From Moniliella sp. 'wahieum' (Eukaryota), in assembly GCA_003971905.1 (NCBI GenBank), contig RSEE01000012.1, forward strand, positions 62,001 through 126,000: a stretch of 64,000 nucleotides of DNA, given 5' to 3'. The position numbers and the translations under genes are program-made. Position 1 is the stretch's first letter; every line of letters starts with the position of its first letter. Under the pieces are notes generated by a model. That model searched no databases. It was not told where the DNA came from and saw only the letters and a program-made list of their open reading frames with translations. Positions 21,264 through 35,325 of this stretch are shown one piece after another.

Positions 21264-24200
21264 ATGAGCTCCGATCTGGTTGCGCCCGCCGTCGCTGTGC
21301 CCGCACAGCTGGCTGTCCTGCGCCTCCCGCACCCCCTCGTCCTCCACCCTCCCTCGTTCTTGCCGTCCAATGCCCTACGCCCACGCCCTCGCTCTCCTCC
21401 GCGCCGCCCTCGCCACCGCCACCAGCACCAGCCCATCGCCCCTGCCGAATCCCCATCCGGCAAGCGCACCATCATCGTCGCAGCCCTGCCCACCCGCCCC
21501 CGCCCACCCAGCAGCCACCTCGCCCCTGCCCGGAGACTGGGCGTGCGCTGCCCGCCTCCTCCGTCTCATCCGACACCCACCACCGACCAGTGCACCTTGC
21601 TTGTCATGGGCCTCACCCGCTTGCAGGTGGACAAGGTCTTGGCCCCTCAGAGCGTCTCCCTCCTGCTGCCCTTCTGATGAGCCTGCGCCGGCGCGCCAGA
21701 CCGATGAAGAGGAAGAGAGTGGCGCAGGTGGCGCACTGGTGCCTGCCGCACCGCAGCACAGCCATGCCCTGGTCGATGTGGTCGAGGCGAGTGTGCACAG
21801 CGCCACAGAGCTGACGCCTCTGTCAGAGGAGAACGAGGAGCGGGTGCATGCGCTCCGCGCGGCCGCTCATGAACTGCTCGACGCCCTGTCGAGCTTCAGC
21901 TTGCTCCCGCCGCTCGCCCAGGGCCCAGACGCAGAGCTCAGCCGCGAAACGAGCAAACTGGGCGCCGGGGCGATGCCGTACGTTCCACCGACGTTGGTCA
22001 AGCGTCTGCGCGGGCTGGTGCATGAAGTGCAGGACGAAGCCGCGCCAGTGTTGGCGGATGTGTTGGCCGGTTCGGTGGGCGGCGCGTGTGCCTGGCCCGT
22101 ACGTCACGCTCTGCTCGCCGCTGCGGATCCGACGCAGCGGGTCGAGGCAGTGGCCCAAGCGCTGCGTCAGGGTGCGGGACGTATCCGCGATACACGCCAA
22201 GTCCTCGATGCGCTGCTTGCGCCACTCAACTCGGACTCGCGCGAGACGCTGTTGCGGTTGCAGATGCAGTTGGTTGCGTCCATGGCAGCCGTCACGCCTT
22301 CGGTCTCGGCCCGTCTGACTACCTCCAAGGGCACGTTTGTCTTTAACACGGGTGCGCCTTCGGACCGTGCCGACTCGGACCGTGGTTCGGACGGACGCGA
22401 CCCGGACACGCGCCGTCGTGCCTTGTCGGCGGACGCGCTGCGTCTGCTCAACTCGCTGCGCAACAATGCACTCAAACGTTCCTCTTCCAATGCGCCGCGC
22501 CGCCTGGGCCTGGCACGGGACCTGGCTCGGGCGGGGTGGACGACGAGGCAGAGCAAGATGAGGAGCAAGATGAAGTGGCTGAGTTGTCGGCCAAGCTGGC
22601 CCAGGCACAGCTCAGTGTCGAGGCACGCAAAGTCTGCGACCGCGAGTTGAAGCGTCTGTCGCGCATCCCGTCTCAGTCGGTCGAACGTGGGGTGCTGGTG
22701 TCCTACCTTGAGTTGATGGCCGAGTTGCCATGGGACAAGACGACGAGTGATCTCCCGGCCGAGGAGCAGGCCTACTGGGCGTTCGGGCAGAAAGCTTAAG
22801 CCCTGCCGAAGTGGAACAGGTGCTGCACCAAGCCGAGACGGAGTATGCGCACGAAGGGATTGTGGATCGGGCCAAGCGGATCCTCAATGCGGACCACTAT
22901 GGGTTGGACAAGATCAAGAAACGCTTGGTCGAGTACTTGGCCGTGTTGGAGCTCAAGACCCTCCAGGCTCAAGCCACTTTGCCTCCGCCGCCGACTGCCC
23001 CAGCCAAGAAGGACAAGTACGAAGACGTAAGTGCAGCGCTGTTGCAAGACCAAGAAGATGAGTCGGATTCACGTCCGACCGTCACACCGCCCGCCAAATT
23101 ACACATTGTCGACCGCGGTCCCATTCTCCTTCTTGTTGGCCCGCCGGGCACAGGCAAGACGTCCATTGCGGTATGTATTTTTTGCCCCCCCACCCTTGCT
23201 TGGAGTGGTTTGTCTGCTCGATATCTGACTTTTTATCTGTTGCCTGGACCAGCGATCGTTGGCCACCGCGCTTCGACGTCCCTTACCCGTCTTTCCCTTG
23301 GGGTGTGCGGGACGAAGCCGAGATCCGTGGGCACCGACACGTACGTGGGTGCGATGCCGGGCTCGATTGTGTCGTCGCTGCGCAAGGTGGGGGTGAGTGA
23401 CCGGTGATGTTGTTGGACGAGGTGGACAAGCTGGGCAGCGGGAACGGTCTGCACGGGGATCCGATGGCAGCGATGCTCGAAGTGCTAGACCCGGAGCAGA
23501 ATAATAAGTTCATCGACCACTATGTCAACTGTCCTGTTGACCTTTCGCGCGTCTTGTTTGTCGCGACGGCCAACTCACTGGACACGATTGCGCCGCCGCT
23601 GCTGGACCGGACGGAGGTGATTGAGATTTCAGGGTACACGCACGACGAGAAGGTGGCAATTGCCAAGCAGTACCTTGTGCCCAAGCAGCGTCGTGCGGCG
23701 GGCCTGGCCGAATCGCTATTGCAAGTACCGGACGACACGCTGCTCAAGGTAGCTTCGTCCTATACGCGGGAAGCTGGTGTGCGCACGCTCGAACGACAAG
23801 TGGCCGCCATTGCAGCGGCAAGGCTGTGCAGTACGCCGAGGTGGTCAAGCCGTCCGTGCAGGCTGATGGGGCTAAGGCGGTGGCGTACGGTCCTCAGGCG
23901 CCTGTGCCGCCCGGGTACGATCCCGTGGTGCGCGTTGCGGACCTCGAAGGGCTGTTGGGGCTGGAAACGTACGAGCCGGAACTGGCAGATATGGGGGAGG
24001 AGCGTCTCCCGGGCGTCGTGACGGGGCTGGCGTACCAAGGTGCAGGTAACGGCGGTATCCTGCACATTGAGACGGCGCTCATGCCCGCCTCGGGTGCAGC
24101 AGCGGCGCGTTGCACTTGACGGCTCACTTGGTGACGTGATCAAGGAAAGTGCCGAGCTGGCATTTGCCTGGGTCAAAGCGCACGCATTCGAGTTAGGCAT

Positions 24201-24621
24201 TGTGCCTTCCCGCACGGCCAAGTTCTTCCCGGGCCAAGACGTGCACTTGCACATGCCCTCGGGGGCGGTGCCGAAAGACGGGCCGTCAGCCGGGGCGGCA
24301 TTTGTCACGAGCTTGGTGAGTTGCTGAGCCGGGTGCCGACGGAACCAACGTTAGCTATGACGGGGGAGATTACGCTGCGAGGCAAGGTGACGGCGGTGGG
24401 AGGAATTAAGGAGAAGTTGTTGGGCGCGCACAGGGCAGGCATGCGTAAAGTCATCCTCCCCCGCTCGAAACCGGAAGGACGTGGAGACCGACTTGCCCGC
24501 CACCGTACGCGCCGAACTGGAGGTGGTCTATGCGCACAATATTTGGGATGTCCTCGAAACCGCGCTCGGCTTGCCCCGGCTCGAGTACCAGCAGCGCCGG
24601 GCACCTGTAGCGCGCTTGTGA
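21264..24621 (+). CDS. ATP-dependent Lon protease, peroxisomal type (LONP2/Pln-like); intron 23171-23252
   Basis: [22 protein letters not shown], Walker [10 protein letters not shown], Walker [24 protein letters not shown], catalytic KDGPSAG and GGIKEK. The last frame ends ...[10 protein letters not shown] (PTS1). Confidence 0.93.
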
Positions 24622-25556
24622 GATGAGAAGCGCATGGATACTGTCTTTCTATCGCTGTCGCCGTCGCCATTTCTATTGCCATTGCCATTGCCATGGCCGT
24701 TGCCACTGGCAGTGCGAGGGAGGCAAGCATGGGATGGGATGGGGGCGCCGGGACGGGAGCATGAATTGCATTGGAATGAGCATTCTCTATACTGCATCTA
24801 TATCATTGACAGAGCTTAAGGCTGGCCGGGGACAGGGAAACGCTACGCCTAAACCGACCCGTTCATCTTGCGTGTGTTACTTGGTAGCGCCACCCCTCAG
24901 GTTAACTATTGGAGTGGACAAACGGTCCTCCCAGTGTGCATACCACTTTACTAACACGCAGTGGGTGGACCAAAAGAGAAGAGGGATACTTACTTCGGCT
25001 CTGCTACTTCCAAGTAAGGCGGGGACTACAAGCCTATTGATATACAGTTCTTGACGTCTCCACGCTGTAGAGGGGGTGCTATATACCGTCAAGTTTTGAC
25101 GGTCTTCAACAAACAACCATGAGACGAAGGAAAGAAGGGTTTTTGTATGCTCTCCTTCGCGCCCTTCCCTCGCCCAACCGGTCTGGTCTGACCATGCCGT
25201 CCCGCATTTCTACTGAGCTCAGTGCTGAGCCTCAGTTTGTTGGTCTATCGACGATCGCGCGTGGCTCTTCACTTCCCACTACCCACTACGTCCGCGGCAA
25301 GGCCAACTCGTGATCACTGTTGTCATATAACCGCGGGGTATATAGCTTGAGTCCAGCTACAGCCGGCCGCTACAGGTCCATCCGATGCATCGCTATCTCG
25401 ACCCTTCTCTAGGTCGGGACGAATCCCAAGAGTACACACACATACGGTTCAATCCAAAGGTGCCACGCCGCAAAACAGACGAGGCAAAAGAGAAGACGAA
25501 ATCCACCCCCGCGCACTTGAAGCAGTACACCCGCACACGATGCGGAAGGGGTGCGG

Positions 25557-28500
25557 TTAGCTGCGAGGCGTGAGCGGTGGCTCTGCGGCTCATGCGCGCA
25601 GCAGGAATTGCCGAGAAGCGAGGTGGGGCCGGACGAGAATCCAACTGCTTGACAGGGCTCGATTGTTGATGTTGATGTTGATACTGAGCCATGGACGGTT
25701 TCTTGTCCTCGGTCCCTGCTGCCTCGACGGCCAGATGCAAATCTTTGTTTTCTATCGTCAAAGATTTGGTCATGCCCGAGGTTTTGTAGATGCCGACCAA
25801 GCGTGCGGCCAATTCAAACATATTGTGCGCAAGGAAATGATGACAAACTGCGCGCCGCGCGTTCGCTCCTTGATCAAGTTGGCCACAATGGAGACGTTGC
25901 GGAAATCCAGCGCCGATCAATCTCGTCATCACGTAGAGTGGCGTGGGCTTGTAGGCGTGCAAGGCAAAGACGAGCGCTAGGGAACTTAACGTCTTCTCGC
26001 CCCCGAGAGGTTGGAGATGTTACGCCAGCTCTTTTTTGGGTGGCATGACGCTAAAGATGATGCCTTCACTGAATGGGTCCAGCGAGTCGACGAGTTCTAG
26101 TCGGCATTGCCGCCCAACGTGGGTTTGGTACATCTCCTTGAGTTTGGCCGAGATGACACTAAACGAGGCATCATAAACTTGTCGAAAACGTTCTTTGCGC
26201 AGCGTCTCGTACGACTGCTTGGCCGCGTCGCGCTGGCCGTCGTGGCTTCGAGCGAACGAGCATGCTCGAGAAAGTCTTGTTCACGTTTTGCGGTACTCTT
26301 CAATGATCGACATGTTGGCCGATCCCTTGGACAGACGTTCTTCAAAGATGACAATCTCCGCCTTGAGCGTCTCCTTGTCAAACTCTTGCACCTCCTCAAC
26401 AGGGTACATTGGCAATTGGAGCTTAGTACTGCCTTCCTCCCTTGCTCTTCGTCCTCTTCTTCTTGCCCGTCGTCCAAGAGGACATGAAGCTGCAGCTTGC
26501 CAATCCGGTCGGTCCAATGCGCCAAACGTTTCCGGTTGTCAGCCAACGACCGCTCATTGTCTTCCACTTTTTGCTTCGTGTCCACTTCGAGGCGACGGAA
26601 GCGATTGACGGCATCCGAAAACTCTTCGAGTTTCTCAGCCAATTGCTCCCGCCCGGCCTCGTGCTCTTCCACCTCGTCCCGTGCCGCCTGGGCCCGCGCT
26701 TCCACCTCGGCCAGTTCCGCCTTTCGCTCCGCCACGGTCTGAGCCGCTTGCTCCAACTCGGCCTGGAGTTGCTCCAATTGCGCTTCCACCTCCTCAATCG
26801 TCTTGGTCGCACGCTCATGGTCCATCTCGGCGCGGTCTCGCGCAACGTCCGCTTTGACCGTACGTTCGTTGTTGAGTTCCATCATCTCTTTGATCCCGTC
26901 TACTTTGGCCTTTTGGGCACGTAGCTCGATCCCGCCACTTTCATGATCTGTTTTCCAATTCGGTGATGGCCTCTTCGATCCCGCTCGATCCGGCGCGCAA
27001 TTTGGCCAGGTCGCGTTCCATTTTGTCCATGGCCTTGTCCAACTCGGCAATCCGTTTGGTTTCCTCGGCACTGGGCAAATTTCGCGTTTCATCGCCTCGA
27101 GGCGCGCGACGGCTGCCTTGCGACGTTGTGAGGCCACGGATAAGGCCATCTGTACCTTATCCAAATCCACATCGATCATGGGTTTGCGATTGTGCATCCG
27201 GTCTAGCGATTCCAGCACATGGGCCAGGGACGCGCGATGAGAACGCAACTCGTTCGCGGCCAATTCGGCTTCTTTCTCCAGCCGTGCCAGTTTGTCCGGA
27301 CTGACAATCGCACCGACCGGGGTGGCCGACATGGCGCCGCGCGCCACGCGACTGCCGCCACCACTCATCGCACCGGACTTCTCGATCAATTGGCCATCGA
27401 GCGTCACGACGCGCCACCGTTGGGCACCATAGGCGATTCGATTGGCATGCGCCAGATCCTTGGCCACCAAGGTATCGCGCAGTTGGTGGTAAAATGCATT
27501 AGCGTACTTGGGGTGCGAAGGCCGGACGAGGTCAATGAGGCGGGGTGCCTGCTCGGGTGTCTGGACCGACGGATGCCATTCTGAGCAATGTTGGCCAACA
27601 AGATAAAGTTGGCGCGGCCGAGGTTGTGTTGGCGCAGATGCTCGATGCATGCCTGACCAGCTTCGACATTGTCCACCACAATCGACTCGAGACCTGGGCA
27701 GGCAGTCGAAATGGCAACATCGTACTCGGGCGCAATGGTGCCCAAGCTACCGAGTCGGCCATGGTAGCCCTTGATCAGTCCTAGCTCCGCTTGGCGGTTG
27801 AGCGAATTGAGCACCGTGGAACGCGATTGGTTGGAGCTGGATGCCGCACGCGCTTCTTCGGCCTTGCCCGTGTTACGTCGCCGAGGAACGGAGCTTTTCC
27901 TCGGCTTTGCGCATCGACACCTGCTTCTCCCCCTGGGCAATCCGATCATCCATCTCATCGCGCTCCCGCTCGAGCGAAGGAGCTCTTCCTGCTTGGCTTC
28001 CGTGTCGGCATCGATCGCATCGATTTCTTGCTGGGCCACGGACAATTCTTCTTGGGCCTGCTCCACCCGGCTGGTCAGCAGTGCCTTTTCCTCTAGTGCC
28101 AACTTGTGCTCGTTCTCCTTGGCAATGATCTTGTCCAACCAAGGTTGCAGCTCAAGTTGCTTGGCTTCGATCTGCGCGGCAAACACCTGGGTCTTGTCCT
28201 TGAGCGACTCGCGGATTCGATCGAGCTCCGCCTCTTCTTGGACCAGGGAAGCCTCGAGCTGAGCCAACTCCCCGCGCAACTTATCGCTTGTGGCAGCGGA
28301 ATCATCCGAAGTTTGACGGGCAAGGGACAAGGCTTTGCGTTGTTCGGACAATTGCTTGGCGAGCTTGCGCGCTTTGGAATCCAAATGCTTGCGGCCCTCG
28401 TCGGCTTGGAGCGAGCGACGCTCACACGCCGCAAGCTCTTTGCCCACCTTGTCAGCCTCTACTTTAGCCTGCTTCAGCAACTGCGTAGCTTCCTCCAGCT

Positions 28501-29872
28501 CGGCGGCCAGCGTCTCGCTGGCTCCGACCGTGTCCGAGCAGCGTTCGCGCTCGGCTTCCAGTTGGCCCCCAGCTTGGCAATCGCGGCCGAGGCGATTTCC
28601 ATCTGCTGGCGACATTCCATCATGTAGATTTGCCACAAGGCCGATTGACGCTGGGTAAGCTCGTTCTGGTCGCGCAGGTAAGCTTCGGCTTCCTCCTTCT
28701 TGTGCTGAGGGGCCGGGGGGGGTGGGAGGGTCAGTTTCGATGGTGGAATCAGAGCGAGCGAACAGATAACACGCGCACGCTACGAGAAAAGTGAACATAC
28801 CTCGAGAGCCTGTTTTCCTTCTGGACGTACTTGAGACGGTCCAGTTTGAGGGACCGTTGCTCGTTGGCTTCGTCCACCTTGGCCGCAGCCTCTTCGATGG
28901 GCTTCTTGTAATCACTGGTACCAATAATGTCCTCGAGGTACTCGAGCAAGCCTTCCTCATGCTCCGTCTTGCCCTTGGGTGGCATCTGGGCAATGGATTC
29001 CACCTCACCCTGGAGAATGAGAAAGCGTTTGTGGTCCAAGTCAATGCCGTGGCCACGGAGCAAGGTGCCGACCTCGGTGAAGGTAGACTTGGCATTGTTG
29101 ACAGTGTAGACGGACGTGTTGTTGCGGAAAGCGGTGCGGGCGACGACCAAGCGCGAATTGGGCACGACCTTGTATGCGTCAGGCCCGGGCAGGTCTTCAA
29201 TCTCACGGAACCAAACCTCGACCGAACATTCGCGCAGGTTCTCATGGGCCGAGGAGTGGTGGATGAGCTCCGACAGCTTGCCCTGCCGCATCTTGTTTGC
29301 CCGCCAGCCAAACACAAACAGAAGCGCGTCAATCACATTTGACTTGCCACTGCCGTTGGGCCCTACGACCGCACTGAAGGACTTGTGGAAGGGACCGATG
29401 GTCTGCCGACCGGCATAGCTCTTAAAGTTGACCAAGACCATCTTGTGGATCACGAAGCGCGTCTTGGGCTTGCTCGGCATAGCAGCGGGTGGGGGTGGAG
29501 CGAGAGGAGACGAGGCGGGGAAGCGAGGTGCGGGGGGCATTAGAGAGACGGGGGGTGCCAGTGGGGGATGGCACGACCGAGCGACGCCTATCTCCGTTAG
29601 GGGTAGCTGGGGCCGCGAGGAGAAGGCCGGGCTGGGTGTTTGACTTGCATCGGAATGGGTAGGGGAGAGACTGGCGCGAGCGCGGGAAGAGGCAGCAGGG
29701 GAAACTCGCGTGGATGGAGACTGCTCGGCACTGTTGTCGTAGTCTTGGCTGTCGCCGTCGTCGACGACAGTCTGATCGTCGTCATCGCCGTCGGCGTTAT
29801 CATGTCATCATCGTCATCATCGTCACTGGATGCGGCGGCGGTGCGGGAGGAGCGGGTGGATTGACGAGGCAT
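25557..29872 (-). CDS. SMC4: Condensin subunit SMC4; intron ~28705-28800; 3' end approximate
   Basis: NFKSYAGRQTIGPFHKSFSAVVGPNGSGKSNVIDALLFVFG, GIDLDHKRFLILQGEVESIAQM, hinge (HGRLGSLGTIAPEYDVAISTAC; VVTLDGQLIEKSGAMSGG), C-terminal HAYKPTPLYVM and NMFELAARLVGIYKT. Confidence 0.96.
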
Positions 29873-30712
29873 GAGCGTGCGCGAGGACCGGGTGGAGCGA
29901 GCGGGGGCGGGGGGGGACGGTGCTGCTGGGCGGGTGCGCTGGACGCTGTTCTGGTTCGGCGGGGGGCATGGTGGGGCGGAGGTGGTGGTGGAGGTAGGAA
30001 GAGCACTGGCCAGCCAGCCCGCATTTCGTCTGGCCGCCACGGATGCCCATCCCTCGGCGCGCCCCGTGTTGATTGCGACGCCCGGCTGGCCTCCGACACG
30101 GAGCTGCCCGCGCACGCACGTGACCAGCCGCTGGCCCAACAGGTGACGCGGCACGTGATGGTCACGTGGCACCGCTGTGGGCGGGGGGTGCATGCGGCGG
30201 GGTGAGGCGTGTCACGTGCCGGGTGCGGGATGCGGACACAGATGACATCATCCATCGCATGGCCCAAGAATTTTTTGGCGAGGCGTAGCAAAGCAAAGCA
30301 AGCAAAAGTCCATCCCTCCACTCGGCTATCTCCCGGTGCTGCGGCTGCCTGTCTGCGTCCACCGCGGCTGTCTGTGCTGTGCCGCCATGAGCGCCGTTGC
30401 GCGCGTGCTTCTCCGCGCACACACCCGGACCCATCCTGCCCGCTGCCCCGCTGTCTGGAGCGCATCCGCCCCTGCCCTCGCGCCCACCGCCACTTCGCCA
30501 CGCCCGCCGCTGCGCTCCGCACCGCCTCGCGCGCCCACGCCCAGCTGCCTCTCGCTGCTGCTCTGCTGCTGCCACCACAACTGCCGCCCGACGGAGCAGC
30601 AGGACCAGCCAGCCCCGGCCCAAGCCCCTTCCCAGCGCAAGCCGTCGCGCCGCTCGGCTCGGCCCAGCCCGCCGCCTCTTCGCCAACTCGCCCTCCCTCC
30701 GTCCGGGCAAGC

Positions 30713-33247
30713 ATGTTGGATTTGGCCAACGAGGCCGCCGCCGCGCGCTTGGGCGACCCACGCTGGAAGACGTGTTGGCGCTCAAGCTCAAGTGGCTCGA
30801 GACCCAGCTGGAGGTGCGGCGTCGTTTGAGGAAAAGAGGAGGTATGGGTGCGTGCGTGGGCGGCCACGACCAAGGCTGTGACACGTTCGTTCCGGGTGGC
30901 GCAGATGCGAGGCTTGTTGGCCAAGGCTGGCCTGTTGACCGAGGTGCCTGAGATCCATGCGCCTGCCCATGTGCAGCAGCTTGCACGCAACAAGGCATGG
31001 CAGGGACGCGCAAGGGGCGGTACGCAAACGCAGCGGTGTATCGGCTGGTACGGCATGTGGTTGGGATTGTTGATCCGGACGAGTTGGTGCAAGAAGTTCC
31101 TGCCCTGCGTCTCCCTACCCAGCTCATCCGTCCACACCGCCTTGGACCCCGTACCGTGGATGCTCCTGTCCCAGCGACCTGTATGCAGGAAGAGCTGGAG
31201 CGCCAGCTCAACGTGCAACTCGATTACTTCGTTACCCAACCAAGTGATACTTTTCCGGCTCCGAACGCGCCATGGCCTTGGTCCTGTCCGAGGTCCTTTC
31301 TCTAGCCCAGTCTGTCGTTGCGAGCCATCTCGACCTGGGCCTCCGGCGGAACTGGCTCAGACTTACCCAGACCTACTTCCTGAGCTGGCTACCGTTCCCG
31401 TTGGCGTGTGGCCTCCATCACGCGTCGGTCGCAGTATTGTGATCCCCGCAACGGCACTAAAGAGCGATGGGGACACTGTTCCCACCTGGGCACGCCCGGC
31501 GCTGTACCAGAGGGGGCAACGCGCTACCATCTCTATTCATCGATGAAGAAGAGGCTACGGAAGCCACCGGCTGTTGGTCGACTACCATCTGTCGGCTGGG
31601 CCAACGCAACGGCACACGGTGGTTGTTGGACAATCCAGACCCTCCTCTTCTTCTTCTTCTTTGCTGCTGCTGCTCTGTTTCTACTTTCTACCTCTCCTTC
31701 CGTCTACTTGGCACCCTACCTGGCGCCTAGCTCGCTTCCTGGTCGGCAGAGGGCTTGTTTTCAAGTCCCGCTCAATCCTCAACTCGCACCCCGTTTCCCT
31801 GGGTCGCCATTACTCTTTTCCCGCATGCTTCGTCCCCCTTCGGAAACGGACGCCTTTCGTCGGCCTTGCACACGTCTATCGCCTTGCTCGCCCGCAGCTC
31901 TCGGCGCCGCTGGATCCCACACTGAGGTCAGCTGGGACACACTGCGCCCAGCAACACTGGACAGGCGTTGGAACCGGGTGCAACGGAACGGTTACAGCGC
32001 TACGTTTGGTGCGCTGCTGTTGCCTGCGCAGGACAGTACGATGCAAGAGGCGCTGAAGCCACGCGGGTTGGACCGTGTGGCGACGTCCGCCTCGGCCGAC
32101 GGGACGGGACAGTGGCGTGTGGCCCTGTTGAGCCGCCGTACGGACGAGCATGGTCGCCTATCAGTGTACAAGATTCGTTTGGTTTGGCCGTGGCCCAATG
32201 GCCTCCGGCCATTGAAACCAAGCAAGATCACCTCGTCTTGGCCTATGCCGTGCCCGGGACCGAGTGACGCTTGACATCGAAGTCTCAGGGCACCAGTTGT
32301 TTGATGATTTACGAGCGGTGGCAGAGGGAAAGATGCCGTTGTGGCAAGTGGAAACGGACGTGTGGCATGTAGGCTGTACGGCCCATGTGGCAGCGCCGAG
32401 CAGGTGAGTATCAGGTTTCTTCTCCTTGGGTTTGCGGGGCTTCTTTGAATCAGGTTCCTTTTCTAACCGTTTACTTTTTTTCTTTTCTTTCTTTTCTCCT
32501 CCTATGCAGCACAAGCGACATGAACTTGGACCGCCATGTTGAACTGGACGCCAGCTTGGCGGACGATACGCTATTCCCGCTGCTGGACCAGTTGGAGCGT
32601 TCGTCGGACGTGCAAACAGTGTTGGACGAGGCGATGCAGGCCGAGACGGAATCGAAAACGTCAGGCGTGTGGGATGTGCAGGGGACGGCGCCACAGGCGC
32701 GCAATCGCAGGCCTATCTATCGTCCGTTCAAGGGCCGACGGGACGACAAGCCAGGCCAGGCTGGCCGGACGCGCGCACTAAGGGCCTTGTTGCAGGAAAA
32801 GCAAAACCTGCGACCTAGCCGCCACCTTTCCCACCTGGTGCGCCGCCAGCCACGTTACGCATGCGCGTGGAGCAGTTGCCTGAGGGACTGCGTGCTCGAT
32901 TTGGCAACACGCACGAGGTGGCCATGCCGTTGGTGCGTACCACGTGCCTTGCGTCGTGTTGGCGCCTGGCATCACCAGAGGAGCAACTGACCTGCTTGAT
33001 GGTACGTGAAGCAACCGTCACAGCCACCCAGCGTTCGCCGGTATACTTTTCCCACTTGGAGTGGGTTCCTTCGGGCGTTGCAACTCGTTCCGACGGCACT
33101 AGTGTCGCGTGTCCGCCCAGCTGGGCCACCCTGTTGGGACAAGTGCATCCTTGGCTTGCCACCCGCTTCCCTACGGCGGACGAGGCGCGGGATGCAGGAC
33201 ACTACGCTGACCAGGGCGAGAGCGAGGGCGAGACGCTAGAATCGTAA
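30713..33247 (+). CDS. Hypothetical protein (frameshifted; intron 32404-32509)
   Basis: Continuous protein-like content across shifting frames from ATG 30713 to TAA 33247, with a canonical GTGAGT...CTAAC...CAG intron. Family not recognised. Confidence 0.5.
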
Positions 33248-34230
33248 TGCTGCATATATCCATTCGTTGTCCTCGTGTCTGTTATGCGAGCAGGTGCGGA
33301 GGAGGATGTGTAGTGCGTGGCGGGGGGCGGAGGTAGACCAACGGAAGACATGGAGCTGGTGCGTGGGAGCAGGGGGTGAGGCCTGTGGCGGCGCTTCCGA
33401 CTGAGGGGAGAGGTGGGCAGCGCAGAAAGAAAAGGCCGCGACAGTAGCGGCTACACCCAATGAGTGAGAGGCCGATGGGAGTGCGTGGATAGCATGGTCA
33501 AAAACCTATAGGAAAACTACTAGTAGTAGTAGTAGAACGAGATCATGGATCAGAAAGATGAATTGAATGGATCGGCCTTACTGCCTTTTGCCTGCTGATC
33601 CAGTGTACTTCGTATCGCCCGGAACGTTTTCCCACTTCCCAATTTCCCAATCAAACTACAGGCTAGGACGAACCAACGGGACCCACAGTGCGTCGGGTTG
33701 TTTCCGAGAGCGCACGCATATCAATCATCATATCCATCGTATCCATCGTATCCGTACCCGTGATGGCCTCCGTCCTCGTAGTCCAACCACCTCGATGCCC
33801 TACCGTTTCACCAACACGTTCTCCAGGCCAGCCGGCCCATGATCAACAACGTGAGCAGGGGCATCCCCCTCGGTGTGTGCTCCCCTCAGTGTGTGCCCCC
33901 CTCGTTGTAGTAGGCGGTGGCTGGAGGGCGAGGTTGTACTATGCGAGGCGATCCGTGCACCGTGGACCACTGCAAGAGGGGAAAGACCAACTACGACAAA
34001 GCGGTTTGCTAGGGGCCAGATGGTGTGGCAAGGGAACGAAGCGAAGTGACTAGTTGACATGAACTGAAGAGCAATGCACACTGGTTCGTGATCAATGATC
34101 GATGGCCAATGGTCGATGGTCCTACGGCAGACGTGGCCGTAGGAGGAAGGATGGACAAAGCAAGTGGACCAGAGGGATATATGGCTAAACAGCCCAGCGC
34201 TTTCCTCGACACCCCACCGTTCCACTAACC

Positions 34231-34274
34231 CACTCAGTGCACTCAGTGCACTCAGTGCACTCAGTGCACTCAGT
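34231..34274. repeat. 9-bp tandem repeat (CACTCAGTG)x~5
   Basis: Read directly; abuts the stop codon of the minus-strand hypothetical gene. Confidence 0.9.
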
Positions 34275-35325
34275 CCAGCTCCATCGCCGTGTCATCGTAG
34301 CGGGGACAGCGGCGGGGCGCGAATGCAGGTGGGGGGTGTACGGTGGAAGGCAACGGGAGCGGAAAGGGGAGGTTGAGGCGGGGCCAAGGAAGGTGCAGCG
34401 TACGCAGGGGACGGGGAAGGACGCATGCCGTAAATGGGCATGTTGAATTGAGGATTGGGGGTCCAGGTGGAAGGAGGGGGTGGAACGTCGAGATTGCCAG
34501 TGGTAGTGTCATCAGCATCGATCATAGCCTCGTCCGAAGCGGCTAGGGCATCAGGATTTGGAGGGAGCGCCGGGTCCTTGTCTTCGGTCGACACAGGAGG
34601 GAGGAGAGGCCACCGATCTCTCGTGTACAACACCAACGACTTACCTTGCTCCGTGTCACTCTCTTCCCCCGCCTGCTGACGTGCCAACCGTTCGCGATGC
34701 CGCCGATCCAAACGCGTCAAAACACTGGGCAAAATGGTATATGACGAACCAGGGTCGTTGTCTGTGTGTCGTTGTCCTTGCCTTGTCCTTGTTGCCCTTG
34801 CGCCTACGCTGCGACTCGGATTCCGGCTCGGAATCACTCGAGTCGAGCGACTGCACCCAGATCCGGTCTTTGGCCCACTCGTACGAGCCCACCGGACGTG
34901 AACTGGACTGGTCCATTGCCTCTTCTGCTGCAGGACGAGGACCAGGCTCCTCCACCACACCCACCTGGCCCGTAGATGGTGCCGCCGCGTCCACCTCTTC
35001 CGCCAAGGGAGGTAGTGCGGTACGGTAAGCAACGGGGACGCGGGGGCCGACTCGTCCGCTTCTTCTACCACGTCTGGGTGGACGATGCGTGTGGGGGGAT
35101 GGGGGAAGGCGTGGGTCGGTTCCGGTGGGAAGGAGGGAGGGTAAATGCTGAGGTGGGCAAAACGACGTTCTTGGCCCTCTTGACCATGGTCCTGGAGGTG
35201 AAGCCGTTTTGCGCGGCAGGCCGCTGGCCTCGTCGCTTTCGGAAGACGAGGCAGAAGAGGCGGTGGTGCCTTCGGACGGCGTCTCCCACCCGCTCATCCG
35301 GACGGCCGAGTGACGCCGTGCTCAT
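34270..35325 (-). CDS. Hypothetical low-complexity protein
   Basis: Stitched ORFs with SYEWAKDRIWVQSLD and KSLVLYTR segments and an ...AMELD* end; no known domain recognised. Confidence 0.55.
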
